Below are positions 17,869 through 28,142 of a DNA stretch of 64,000 bases, one piece after another; the stretch's first letter is position 1; each line of letters starts with the position of its first letter. The notes under the pieces are model-generated. The model had not been told where the DNA came from, ran no database searches, and was given only the letters and a program-made list of their open reading frames with translations. This stretch comes from Fibrobacteria bacterium (GTDB lineage Bacteria; Fibrobacterota; Fibrobacteria; UBA11236; JADFYW01): positions 625,564-689,563 of the forward strand of contig OZ253440.1 of the NCBI GenBank assembly GCA_965261055.1, given 5' to 3'. The position numbers and the translations under genes are program-made.

Positions 17869-18924
17869 ATGCGGGAATTACGAATGATGAATGAAACAAA
17901 GAACAATAATTTTAATATACCAAGATGTGTAGATACTTTTAAAAAAGAAGCTGTAGACTTAGAAGCAGTGAGTAATGAGTTGACATTTATTGACCTATTT
18001 GCAGGAATAGGAGGTATAAAACTTGGTTTTGAAAATGCAGGTTTTCAATGTGTCTTTTCTAATGACTTTGATAAGAATTCAAAAATCACATTTGATATAA
18101 ATGTTGCTTTAGATAAGCAAATGATTCTTGGGGATATTCAAAAAATTTCTACAAACGAAATTCCTAATTTTGATATATTATGCGGAGGTTTTCCTTGTCA
18201 GCCATTTTCTGTTGCTGGCTATAGACAAGGATTTAATGATGAAAATGGCAGAGGAAATCTGTTTTTTGATATAGTAAGGATTTTGAAAAATAAAATGCCA
18301 AAAGCATTTTTATTAGAAAATGTAAAAAATCTAAAAACTCATGACAAAGGAAATACAATTAGCATCATTTACCATGAGCTACAAAAGCTAGGTTATAAAA
18401 TTACAAATAAAGTATTAAATACTATGGAATATGGTAATTTACCACAAAACAGAGAGAGAATTTATATTGTTGGTTTTTTAGAGAAAAAATCATTTAATAA
18501 TTTTGAATTTCCAAGCAAAATACCTCTGACAAAAACAATTCATGATTGCCTAGAGAATAAAGAAATTGATGATAAATATTATTACAATGATAAACCTATG
18601 TATGAAAAAATAAAAAATGATATTACTAAAAAAGATACGGTTTATCAATGGAGAAGACAGTATGTTAGAGAAAATAAAAATGGAGTTTGTCCTACATTGA
18701 CTGCAAATATGGGCACAGGAGGACATAATGTACCCTTGGTTCTGAATGGGAAAGGTATAAGAAAATTAACCCCTAGAGAATGTGCAAACTTTCAGGGCTT
18801 TCCCAAAAATTACAAATTTCCTTCTATTGCCGATTCACACCTATATAAACAATTTGGTAATTCTGTTTCTATTCCTGTAATTAATAGAATTGCTCAAAAT
18901 ATGAATTTAGCTTTAATGAAATAA
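17869..18924 (+). CDS. dcm: DNA (cytosine-5)-methyltransferase (Dcm-type, type II RM modification enzyme)
   Basis: 351 aa with motif I FAGIGG, motif IV GFPCQPFS, motif VI ENVKNL, and C-terminal QFGNSVSIPV (motif X). Confidence 0.9.
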   Translation: MRELRMMNETKNNNFNIPRCVDTFKKEAVDLEAVSNELTFIDLFAGIGGIKLGFENAGFQCVFSNDFDKNSKITFDINVALDKQMILGDIQKISTNEIPNFDILCGGFPCQPFSVAGYRQGFNDENGRGNLFFDIVRILKNKMPKAFLLENVKNLKTHDKGNTISIIYHELQKLGYKITNKVLNTMEYGNLPQNRERIYIVGFLEKKSFNNFEFPSKIPLTKTIHDCLENKEIDDKYYYNDKPMYEKIKNDITKKDTVYQWRRQYVRENKNGVCPTLTANMGTGGHNVPLVLNGKGIRKLTPRECANFQGFPKNYKFPSIADSHLYKQFGNSVSIPVINRIAQNMNLALMK

Positions 18925-18926
18925 TT

Positions 18927-20036
18927 GTGTTTTTTAATAATCAAATTGCTAAACAGAAGAAAAAATATCAATCTTTTTTAAAAATTGCTGGTTGTATATC
19001 TAATCTATTTTCTGATTCAAATATTCCCTATCTTTATTATAGAGTTGCAGAAAAAATATTTTGCCGTGCATTTGAAGCAGAAGATTTATCAAGAAGCGAT
19101 GTATCTGCTGATGCAAAGAAAAATGCTCTTGGAATAGGTTTAAAAACTTTCCTACAAGGTAATAATAAAAGTTTTCAAAAAATTGCAGAATTTAATAGCG
19201 ATAGATTATTATATGCGAATCTTGAATCAAAACAACTTGTTGCGAAAATATCAGAGTTGAGAAATAAGAGAATTGAATTTACTCGGAATACATACGAATT
19301 ACAAAATTCAATATACCATTGTATAATTAGAGATTTTGGGAAATTCAAAATCTTTGAAGAACCAATGGACAAAGTGGATATTCATAATATTCGTAATGTT
19401 AAATCCAATAAAAGTTCAATTACTTTTAATGATGAAAAAAATGAATATTCATTTTTACTTGCAAAAAGTACTCTTACAAAAAGATTTATTACGAAACCTA
19501 TTATTTATGAATTTGATGTTGAAATTCTTAAAGATCCATTACTTGAACTCAAAAATATTTTATATCAAAAAGATTTACTACTAGAAACAGAAAATAGAAT
19601 AAAGCAAACTATTTATTTACCTTTGTATGGTAGAGGTTCAACTGTATTTGAGAAAAGTGGACTAAATCAATGGAATGCAGGAGGAAGAGTAAGAGATCCA
19701 AATGAAGTTTATATTCCTATTCCAGCTGAAATTTATAAAAACTTTAAAGATTTTTTTCCCAATAGAGACACTCCATTTAATTTAAAACTTCCAAATGGAA
19801 AAATTATGCAATCTAAAATATGTCAAGATGGAGGTAAAGCTTTAATGTCTTATTCTAACAGAGAGCTTGGGCATTGGATTTTAAGAAGTATTTTAAAATT
19901 AAAAGAAGGAGAATTATTGACCTACGAAAAATTACAAGAAATAGGCATTGATTCAGTGAGTATTAATAAAATCAATAATTTAGAATTTGAGATAAATTTT
20001 ACAAAAATTGGTAGTTATGAAAAATTTATTAAATAA
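18927..20036 (+). CDS. Hypothetical protein; candidate cognate type II restriction endonuclease for the adjacent C5-MTase
   Basis: 369 aa, starting at GTG 2 nt after the dcm stop and co-directional. There is a possible PD-(D/E)xK-like segment EAEDLSRSDVSADAKK. No family is recognised with confidence. The position is classic for an R gene following M. Confidence 0.45.
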   Translation: MFFNNQIAKQKKKYQSFLKIAGCISNLFSDSNIPYLYYRVAEKIFCRAFEAEDLSRSDVSADAKKNALGIGLKTFLQGNNKSFQKIAEFNSDRLLYANLESKQLVAKISELRNKRIEFTRNTYELQNSIYHCIIRDFGKFKIFEEPMDKVDIHNIRNVKSNKSSITFNDEKNEYSFLLAKSTLTKRFITKPIIYEFDVEILKDPLLELKNILYQKDLLLETENRIKQTIYLPLYGRGSTVFEKSGLNQWNAGGRVRDPNEVYIPIPAEIYKNFKDFFPNRDTPFNLKLPNGKIMQSKICQDGGKALMSYSNRELGHWILRSILKLKEGELLTYEKLQEIGIDSVSINKINNLEFEINFTKIGSYEKFIK

Positions 20037-20133
20037 AATCAAAGTTTAATTGAAGACATTGAAGAATTGTTAAAATTAATAGGTAGTATTCAAAAAACAA
20101 TTCGTAATTCATAATTAACAATTCGTAATTAAA

Positions 20134-22980
20134 ATGACAACACAATCTGAACAAGCATTAGAAAATAATTTAATAGAGCAATTGCTTAAATTTGATAAAT
20201 ACAGTCGTATTAAAATCAAAGGCAAAGCTGACCTACGCGCAAATCTTAAAACACAATTAGAAAAACATAATCATGTTACTTTGTCTGATAAAGAATTTCA
20301 AAAAATTCTTCCTATCCTTAATACAGGAACCGTATTTGAAAGAGCCAAAATATTAAGAGGAATAAGACACCATATTATAAAGGATGATGGAAAGACATTT
20401 TATTTTGAATTCATCAATCAAACAGAATGGTGTAAAAATGAGTTTCAAGTTACCAATCAAGTAACTATAGAGGGTGAATATGAAAATCGTTATGATGTTA
20501 CCATTCTGATTAATGGCTTGCCATTAGTTCAAATAGAGCTTAAACGAAGAGGGTGTGAGATGGGAGAAGCACACAGGCAGATATTACGCTATAAAGATCA
20601 TTCCTTTGCTAGTGGGTCGGCTTTGTTTGAATATGTGCAGTTATTTATCATTAGCAATGGAGTAAATACCAAATATCTTGCTAATAATCGTAAAAGAGAT
20701 TTAAATTTTAAGCAAACCTTTTATTGGGCAGATGAGCAGAATAATAAAATAACCCATTTATCAGAATTTGCTAATGTATTTTTAGAGCCTTGTCATCTAT
20801 CCAAGATGATATGCAAATACATTGTACTTGCCAAAACAGATAAACTATTAATGGTATTGAGACCGTATCAATACTATGCTTGTGAAAAGCTCATAGATAG
20901 AGTTAAAAACACCGATAAGAACGGCTATATATGGCATACCACAGGTAGTGGTAAAACACTCACTTCTTTTAAGGCAAGTCAAATACTCATGCACATGCCC
21001 GAAGTACATAAAGTGGTGTTTGTAGTAGATAGAAGAGACTTGGATTATCAGACGACCAAAGAGTTCAATAATTTTTCTGAAGGTAGTGTAGATGGCACAG
21101 ACAACACCAAAGCTTTAGTAAAACAATTTGGTGATGATACTAAATTATTAGTTACTACTATTCAGAAATTAAATAATGCCATCGGCAGTCAGCGATATAC
21201 TTCTACAATGGAAACATTAAAAGATAAACGAATTGTTTTCATATTTGATGAATGCCACCGTTCCCAATTTGGGGAAACACATCAGCGTATCGTTAAATAC
21301 TTTAATAATCATCAAATGTTTGGTTTTACAGGAACACCAATATTTGCTGATAATGCTGTTAAGAATCAATTAGGTGAAAGAACAACAAAAGAGCTTTTTG
21401 GAGATTGCTTACATAAGTATGTTATCACAGATGCTATTCGTGATGAGAATGTGTTGAGTTTTTCTATTGAGTATGTAGGTAAATATACAGAAAAGAATAC
21501 AAGAAACTATATAGATATAGAAGTAGAAGCAATAGATGAGAGAGAGCTTTTTGATAATGAGGAACGCTTGAATAAAATCACAGATTATATCATTCACAAT
21601 CATGCAACTAAAACACATAGCAAACAATTCACAGCAATGTTTGCAGTTAGTGGCATTGCCACACTAATTAAGTATTATGAGCTTTTTAAAGCTAAAGAAA
21701 AAGAACACAAGTTAAAAGTTGCTACCATTTTTTCTTATTCTGCCAATGAAGAGAATGATGCTGTTGATGGTATCACATTTTTTAATGAAGAGGGTGCTAT
21801 TGAAGATACTCCAAACTCCAAACACAGTAGAGAAAAATTAGATGAGTTTATCGCTGATTACAATAAGATGTTTGGCACTAAGTTTTCTACAAAAGATAGT
21901 CAGTCCTATTACGACTATTATAATGAGATAGCTAAGCGTGTAAAGAATCGTGAAATTGATATTTTGATAGTAGTTAATATGTTTCTTACAGGTTTTGATA
22001 GTAAGCCATTAAACACGCTATATGTAGATAGAAATTTAAAACATCACGGATTAATACAAGCTTTTTCAAGAACTAACAGGATATTAAATAAGAACAAGTC
22101 TCACGGTAATATTGTATCGTTTAGAAACCTTAAGAAAGCGACAGATGAAGCGATTGCCTTATTTTCAAATAAAGATGCTAAAGAGACAATATTACTTAAA
22201 CCATATCAAAATTATTTAAGTGATTTTAATGAGGCTGTAGAGGAGTTAAAACAAATTGCTCCGACTGTAGATAGTGTCAATAATTTATTAACTGAAAGTG
22301 ACGAATTAAAGTTCGTTGAAGCATTTAGAAACTTAATGAGAATACAAAACAAACTTAGTTGTTTTGCTGATTTTTCATTTAAAGATTTACAGATGTCTGA
22401 ACAAGAATTTAAGGATTACAAGAGTAAATACTTAGATATATATGACAAAGTAAATCGCAATAATGATAAAGAAAAAGTATCTGTTTTAGACGATGTGGAT
22501 TTTGAATTAGAGCTTGTACATAAAGATGTTATTAATGTCGATTATATCATTCAGTTACTTTCTCAATTAGTTGAAGCTAAAGACAAAAACTATGAAAATC
22601 AAAAAAAACAAATCTTAGATACACTTTCAGGAGATCTTAATTTAAGAAGCAGAAAAGCATTAATTGAGCAATTTATAGAAGAAAATCTTGTAGGTATTGA
22701 AAATTCTCAAAATGTAGCCGATGAGTTTAAATCATATTGGGATAAGCAGAAAGAAAAAGCATTTAATGATTTATGTGATGAAGAGAGTTTAGATACAAGC
22801 CAAATAAAAGATATAGTAGAAGAATATTTATTTGCTAATCAAGTGCCTGATATGAGAGATAAAATAATGAAGTCTATGTTAAAAAAGGAGACGCTTTTAA
22901 TGCGTCAAAAAACTATCCCAAGAGTAAAAGATAAGATTATGAATTTTGTGAATACCTTTATTGAAGGTATGCCCGCTTGA
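20134..22980 (+). CDS. hsdR: Type I restriction enzyme endonuclease/translocase subunit R
   Basis: 948 aa with SF2 helicase motifs HTTGSGKTLTS (motif I) and DECHRSQ (motif II). It has HsdR N- and C-terminal domains and is the last gene of the co-directional RM array. Confidence 0.95.
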   Translation: MTTQSEQALENNLIEQLLKFDKYSRIKIKGKADLRANLKTQLEKHNHVTLSDKEFQKILPILNTGTVFERAKILRGIRHHIIKDDGKTFYFEFINQTEWCKNEFQVTNQVTIEGEYENRYDVTILINGLPLVQIELKRRGCEMGEAHRQILRYKDHSFASGSALFEYVQLFIISNGVNTKYLANNRKRDLNFKQTFYWADEQNNKITHLSEFANVFLEPCHLSKMICKYIVLAKTDKLLMVLRPYQYYACEKLIDRVKNTDKNGYIWHTTGSGKTLTSFKASQILMHMPEVHKVVFVVDRRDLDYQTTKEFNNFSEGSVDGTDNTKALVKQFGDDTKLLVTTIQKLNNAIGSQRYTSTMETLKDKRIVFIFDECHRSQFGETHQRIVKYFNNHQMFGFTGTPIFADNAVKNQLGERTTKELFGDCLHKYVITDAIRDENVLSFSIEYVGKYTEKNTRNYIDIEVEAIDERELFDNEERLNKITDYIIHNHATKTHSKQFTAMFAVSGIATLIKYYELFKAKEKEHKLKVATIFSYSANEENDAVDGITFFNEEGAIEDTPNSKHSREKLDEFIADYNKMFGTKFSTKDSQSYYDYYNEIAKRVKNREIDILIVVNMFLTGFDSKPLNTLYVDRNLKHHGLIQAFSRTNRILNKNKSHGNIVSFRNLKKATDEAIALFSNKDAKETILLKPYQNYLSDFNEAVEELKQIAPTVDSVNNLLTESDELKFVEAFRNLMRIQNKLSCFADFSFKDLQMSEQEFKDYKSKYLDIYDKVNRNNDKEKVSVLDDVDFELELVHKDVINVDYIIQLLSQLVEAKDKNYENQKKQILDTLSGDLNLRSRKALIEQFIEENLVGIENSQNVADEFKSYWDKQKEKAFNDLCDEESLDTSQIKDIVEEYLFANQVPDMRDKIMKSMLKKETLLMRQKTIPRVKDKIMNFVNTFIEGMPA

Positions 22981-23057
22981 TTTTTAGCAGTTTCATAAAC
23001 ACAATTTGACCTATTACGAAATCTTCCAACCGAGATGAGCAGACATAAAAAAAGCCA

Positions 23058-23092
23058 AGAAGTGAATCTTGGCTGATAAATTACTGACAATC
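23058..23092 (-). terminator. Rho-independent terminator (AGCCAAGA-TTCACTT-CTTGGCT followed by a T-run on the minus strand)
   Basis: Inverted repeat gccaaga/tcttggc with a T7 run after it on the minus strand. It is the second of two hairpins downstream of tRNA-Leu and between the convergent hsdR and tRNA genes. Confidence 0.45.
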
Positions 23093-23169
23093 TTACTGTA
23101 TTACCTTATAATCTAGCAACATTTAGACTCATTCTATATCTCCATTTTTAAGTGTTTTAATAAACAGGC

Positions 23170-23200
23170 ATAAAAAAAGCCTCTTACAAAATGTAAGAGG
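23170..23200 (-). terminator. Rho-independent terminator immediately 3' of tRNA-Leu (GCCTCTTAC-loop-GTAAGAGGC followed by a T-run on the minus strand)
   Basis: A 9-bp perfect stem gcctcttac/gtaagaggc, followed by TTTTTTTA on the minus strand. Confidence 0.55.
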
Positions 23201-23205
23201 CAAAT

Positions 23206-23290
23206 TGCGGACGGGCGGACTTGAACCGCCATGAGAAAATTTCTCACTAGCCCCTCAAGCTAACGTGTCTACCAATTTCACCACGACCGC
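23206..23290 (-). tRNA. tRNA-Leu (anticodon GAG), long variable arm, no encoded CCA
   Basis: The reverse complement is GCGGTCGTGGTGAAATTGGTAGACACGTTAGCTTGAGGGGCTAGTGAGAAATTTTCTCATGGCGGTTCAAGTCCGCCCGTCCGCA. It has a 3-bp D-stem, an anticodon loop TTGAGGG (anticodon GAG), a variable-arm hairpin GAGAAA/TTTCTC, and a T-arm GGCGG-TTCAAGT-CCGCC. There is one U5-U68 mismatch in the acceptor stem. Confidence 0.85.
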
Positions 23291-23311
23291 AAAAGTTGTT
23301 ATAAAAATCAA

Positions 23312-23707
23312 TTATTTTTTAGTTTTTTTAGAGCCTTCAAAATCACCTATTCCAGGTAATAATGTAGATTGATTTACTTTTAACTCTTCAGGTAAAACAC
23401 TAGAAAAATCTTCACTTGTTGCTTTAAGTTCTGATACACCACCGCCACCAGCTAAAGCATTTTTCTTTCCAGAAAGAACATTCAAACCTAAAATTAACAC
23501 AAAAAGACTAATAGCAACAAATTGAGTGATTTTAGTTAAAAATGAAGTTGCACCTTTTCCAGACAAAGCTGCACCAGAGCCCATTCCACCTAAAGCACCT
23601 GCTAAACCTCCACCTTTATCACTTTGTAATAAGATAAGACCTATTAAAAAAAAACAAAGCATAACATGAAAAATTAAAAGTAATGTGTAAATAAATTCAA
23701 TGCTCAT
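23312..23707 (-). CDS. secG: Preprotein translocase subunit SecG
   Basis: 131 aa with two TM helices and Gly-rich motifs (LLQSDKGGGLAGALGG...). It sits in the conserved position after tpiA. Confidence 0.85.
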   Translation of the reverse strand: MSIEFIYTLLLIFHVMLCFFLIGLILLQSDKGGGLAGALGGMGSGAALSGKGATSFLTKITQFVAISLFVLILGLNVLSGKKNALAGGGGVSELKATSEDFSSVLPEELKVNQSTLLPGIGDFEGSKKTKK

Positions 23708-23715
23708 ATAAATCC

Positions 23716-24468
23716 TTACGCGTTAATGATTCCTAGAAAATCTGTTGCAACTAAAGCCGCACCACCAATTAATCCTCCATCAATATCAGGTTGTGATAAT
23801 AAATTTTGAGCATTATTAGGCTTCATGCTACCTCCATATTGAATATGGATAAAATTTGCAACTTGTTCTGAATATTGTTTTTTAAACCATTGACGAATAA
23901 AAGCATGAACTTCTTGAGCTTGTTCATCACTCGCAACTTTTCCAGTTCCAATAGCCCAAACAGGTTCGTAAGCCACAACTGTATTGGCAACATCATCTGC
24001 AGAAAGATTTTCATAACAATCTTGTAATTGGGATTCAACAACTTGATTTGTTTTATCACCTTCTCTTTCTTCCAAAGTTTCACCCACGCAAACAATCGCT
24101 TTCAAATTCTCAGAAAGAACTTTTTTAACTTTTTGATTCACAATCTGATTTGTTTCATGAAAATAAATTCTTTGTTCAGAATGCCCTAAAATAACATACT
24201 CAACTCCAATTTCTTTCAACATAGAAACAGAAATTTTACCTGTGTAAGCTCCGTCATTTTCAAAGTGAACATCTTGAGCACCTAATTTAATATTAGAGCC
24301 TTTTACAATTTTAGAAACAGAATCTAACACCAAATAAGTAGGACAAATTATGATCTCAGCATTCTGGACAATTTTAGCTTGATTCACTAATTCAGTTGCT
24401 AACTGTTTAGATTCAGCTACTGTTTTGTTCATTTTCCAATTACCAGCGATCAGTCTTGTTCTTTGCAT
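23716..24468 (-). CDS. tpiA: Triose-phosphate isomerase
   Basis: 250 aa with the AGNWKMN N-terminal motif and catalytic GHSE. Follows pgk. Confidence 0.95.
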   Translation of the reverse strand: MQRTRLIAGNWKMNKTVAESKQLATELVNQAKIVQNAEIIICPTYLVLDSVSKIVKGSNIKLGAQDVHFENDGAYTGKISVSMLKEIGVEYVILGHSEQRIYFHETNQIVNQKVKKVLSENLKAIVCVGETLEEREGDKTNQVVESQLQDCYENLSADDVANTVVAYEPVWAIGTGKVASDEQAQEVHAFIRQWFKKQYSEQVANFIHIQYGGSMKPNNAQNLLSQPDIDGGLIGGAALVATDFLGIINA

Positions 24469-24476
24469 AATTTCCT

Positions 24477-25673
24477 TTAGTTTAATTCCTTTAAAGCCTC
24501 TACTCCAGGAAGTTTTTTACCTTCAAGGAACTCCAAAGAAGCTCCTCCCCCAGTAGAAACATGTGAGAGTTGATCGGCAACACCAGCTTGTTCAACAGCT
24601 GCTACAGAGTCTCCACCACCAACAATTGTGATAGCTCCTTTTTTTGTTGCGTCAACTAATCCGTCAGCAACTTTGAATGTTCCTTTAGAAGATTCTTCAA
24701 CTTCAAAAACACCCATAGGACCATTCCAAATGACTGTTTTAGCATCTTGAATCAAATCAAAATAGATTTGTTGTGTCTTTGGGCCAATATCAACACATTC
24801 TTTGTCTACAGGAATTTGTTGAATATCAACAATTTCTAATGGAGCCATTGTACGGTTTTTAAAATTAAATTCAGCCGTTGCTTGAGCATCAACAGGTAAA
24901 ACTATTTTTCCCTCTGCTTTTTTGAGTAAAGCACTCGCAACCTTTAAGCGTTCATCTTCACACAAAGATTTTCCTATTTCTAGACCTTGTGATTTCAAAA
25001 AAGTATAAGCCATTCCACCACCAATAATAAGATAATCAACTTTATCTAAAAGAACTTCTATAACTTCTATTTTATCTGTAATTTTTGCTCCACCTATAAT
25101 TGCAACAAAAGGTCTTTTAGGTTTTTTTAGAGAATCTCCCAAAAAATTTAACTCTTTTTTCATTAAGAACCCAATGCCTTTCTCTTCAAAAAATGATGCA
25201 ATTCCTGCCGTAGAAGCATGAGCTCGGTGAGCTGTACCAAAAGCATCATTAATATAAACAGTCGCTAATTTAGATAGACTTTGAGCAAAAGAAGTTTCAT
25301 TTTGTGTTTCTTCTGGATAAAAACGCAAATTTTCTAATAAAAGTACCTCTCCGAATTCCAAAGATTTAATAGTCTTTTCTGCTCCAATACCAATACAAGC
25401 TTGCACAGTTTTAACCGTTTGACCTAATAATTTAGATAAAGATTCAGCGATAGGAGTCATTCTCATAGACTCAACAACTTCCCCATTAGGACGACCTAAA
25501 TGAGACATAAGTACAATCTTAGCACCCTGCTTAACAAGGTATTGGATTGTAGGTAAAGACTCTCTTAGGCGCTTATCATTTTCAACTTGACCATTATTGA
25601 TAGGAACATTAAAATCTGTCCTAACAATAACTGTTTTTTTGTTTAAGCTTAAATCTTCTATCGTCTTAATCAT
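24477..25673 (-). CDS. pgk: Phosphoglycerate kinase
   Basis: 398 aa of full-length PGK architecture. Follows gap. Confidence 0.95.
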   Translation of the reverse strand: MIKTIEDLSLNKKTVIVRTDFNVPINNGQVENDKRLRESLPTIQYLVKQGAKIVLMSHLGRPNGEVVESMRMTPIAESLSKLLGQTVKTVQACIGIGAEKTIKSLEFGEVLLLENLRFYPEETQNETSFAQSLSKLATVYINDAFGTAHRAHASTAGIASFFEEKGIGFLMKKELNFLGDSLKKPKRPFVAIIGGAKITDKIEVIEVLLDKVDYLIIGGGMAYTFLKSQGLEIGKSLCEDERLKVASALLKKAEGKIVLPVDAQATAEFNFKNRTMAPLEIVDIQQIPVDKECVDIGPKTQQIYFDLIQDAKTVIWNGPMGVFEVEESSKGTFKVADGLVDATKKGAITIVGGGDSVAAVEQAGVADQLSHVSTGGGASLEFLEGKKLPGVEALKELN

Positions 25674-25674
25674 A

Positions 25675-26688
<1,014 letters not shown>

Positions 26689-26820
26689 CTAATAAGATAT
26701 TATTTCAATTTTTAGACGATAAATATACAAAAAAAATACTATGAAAACACAGCAATAAGATTATAGTCAAAAAATTCAAGTAGAATACAATTCATTTCTG
26801 TAATTTACTATTTTTAAACC

Positions 26821-28137
26821 ATGAAAATACTAATTCTAATATTCTCTTTTGTTTATCTCTCTGCAGGACAATTTGAAGATAAAATCTTAATCACTGTTGG
26901 AAACGAAATCATTCTTGAGTCAGACTTAGAAGTAGCCCTACTCCAAAATTCATCTATTCCCGAGTTTAATTCACTTAGTGAAGAACAAAAAAAATCTGCT
27001 ATATTAAATCAAATAGTTGATAGTAAAGTTCTTTATATAACTGCTCTAAAGGACACTTCAATTTTAGTTACTGAAACAGAAATAGAGACTGGAGTAAATT
27101 TTCGATTACAACAAATGTCACAACAAACAGGCGGTAGTATTAAGCAACTTGAAATAGCCTTACAACAGCAAGGCTTTTCACTAAACAATTTTAAAAAACA
27201 ATTACAAACACAAATTAAAGAACAAATTTTAACTCAGAAGCTACAGTCTAAATATTTATCTTCCTACAATCAAACTCTATCTTCAAAACAAATTGAAGAC
27301 TTTTTTTACCAATTTTCAAACCAAATCCCAGACCTTAAGAATAATGTCAACCTTTCTTTCATTGAAGTCTCTGTTAAACCAAACCCTAAAACTTTTCAAA
27401 AATCGTATCAACTTTGTGATTCTGTAATTCAGCTTCTCAATAAAAGTCATCTTCCATTTGAAGACTTAGCCTCTCAATTTTCTGACGACCCTAGTGGCGA
27501 AGATGGTGGAGATTTAGGTTTTATCAAAGCTGGCAGTATCGATCCTGCATACGAAGCACACGCATTCCGACTCGATATTGGAGAGATCACTAAAAAACCT
27601 GTGCTTACAAAATTTGGTTATCACATCATTAAAACAACAGATCGCCGAGATCGTGAAGTTCAAACTTCTCATATTTTATTTTTAGTAGAATCTACTGTGC
27701 AAGACGAAGAAAACACAAAACAAAAACTACTGAACTGGAAAAAACAAATAAATTCTAATCAAATCACTTTTGAAGAAGTTGCTAAGCGTTTTTCTGAAGA
27801 CAAAAAAACTAGGGCAAAAAATGGTCTTTTAGGTTGGTTTTCTTACGAGAACATCCCTCCTGAATACAAAAATATTGCTGATACTCTTGAAATCGGAAAG
27901 ATTAGCGATCCTATTTGGATTGATGAAAAGTTTTATCTTTTCAAAGTGAATGATAAAAGAGAAAACAGAAAACCTTCTCTTGAAGACGACTGGTTTCAAA
28001 TATCTCAACTTGCTCAACACTATTATGCCGAACATAATACTAAAAAAAAGATTCAAGAATGGAAAAAAGCAATTTATATAAAGAACAACTCCTCTGTTCC
28101 TCTTGAAAACGAACCTCTGATATTCAATAATCAATAA
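26821..28137 (+). CDS. SurA-like periplasmic chaperone / peptidyl-prolyl isomerase (PpiC-type parvulin domains)
   Basis: 438 aa with a signal peptide (MKILILIFSFVYLSAG), a SurA-N-like region and a parvulin domain (GGDLGF...GYHIIK), plus a second degenerate parvulin. Confidence 0.7.
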   Translation: MKILILIFSFVYLSAGQFEDKILITVGNEIILESDLEVALLQNSSIPEFNSLSEEQKKSAILNQIVDSKVLYITALKDTSILVTETEIETGVNFRLQQMSQQTGGSIKQLEIALQQQGFSLNNFKKQLQTQIKEQILTQKLQSKYLSSYNQTLSSKQIEDFFYQFSNQIPDLKNNVNLSFIEVSVKPNPKTFQKSYQLCDSVIQLLNKSHLPFEDLASQFSDDPSGEDGGDLGFIKAGSIDPAYEAHAFRLDIGEITKKPVLTKFGYHIIKTTDRRDREVQTSHILFLVESTVQDEENTKQKLLNWKKQINSNQITFEEVAKRFSEDKKTRAKNGLLGWFSYENIPPEYKNIADTLEIGKISDPIWIDEKFYLFKVNDKRENRKPSLEDDWFQISQLAQHYYAEHNTKKKIQEWKKAIYIKNNSSVPLENEPLIFNNQ

Positions 28138-28142
28138 AGCTT

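Noticed and set aside
19175-19584. Small ORFs 19175..19372 (-) and 19336..19584 (+)
   Set aside because: They lie within the 369-aa candidate REase ORF and are low-complexity. Not supported.
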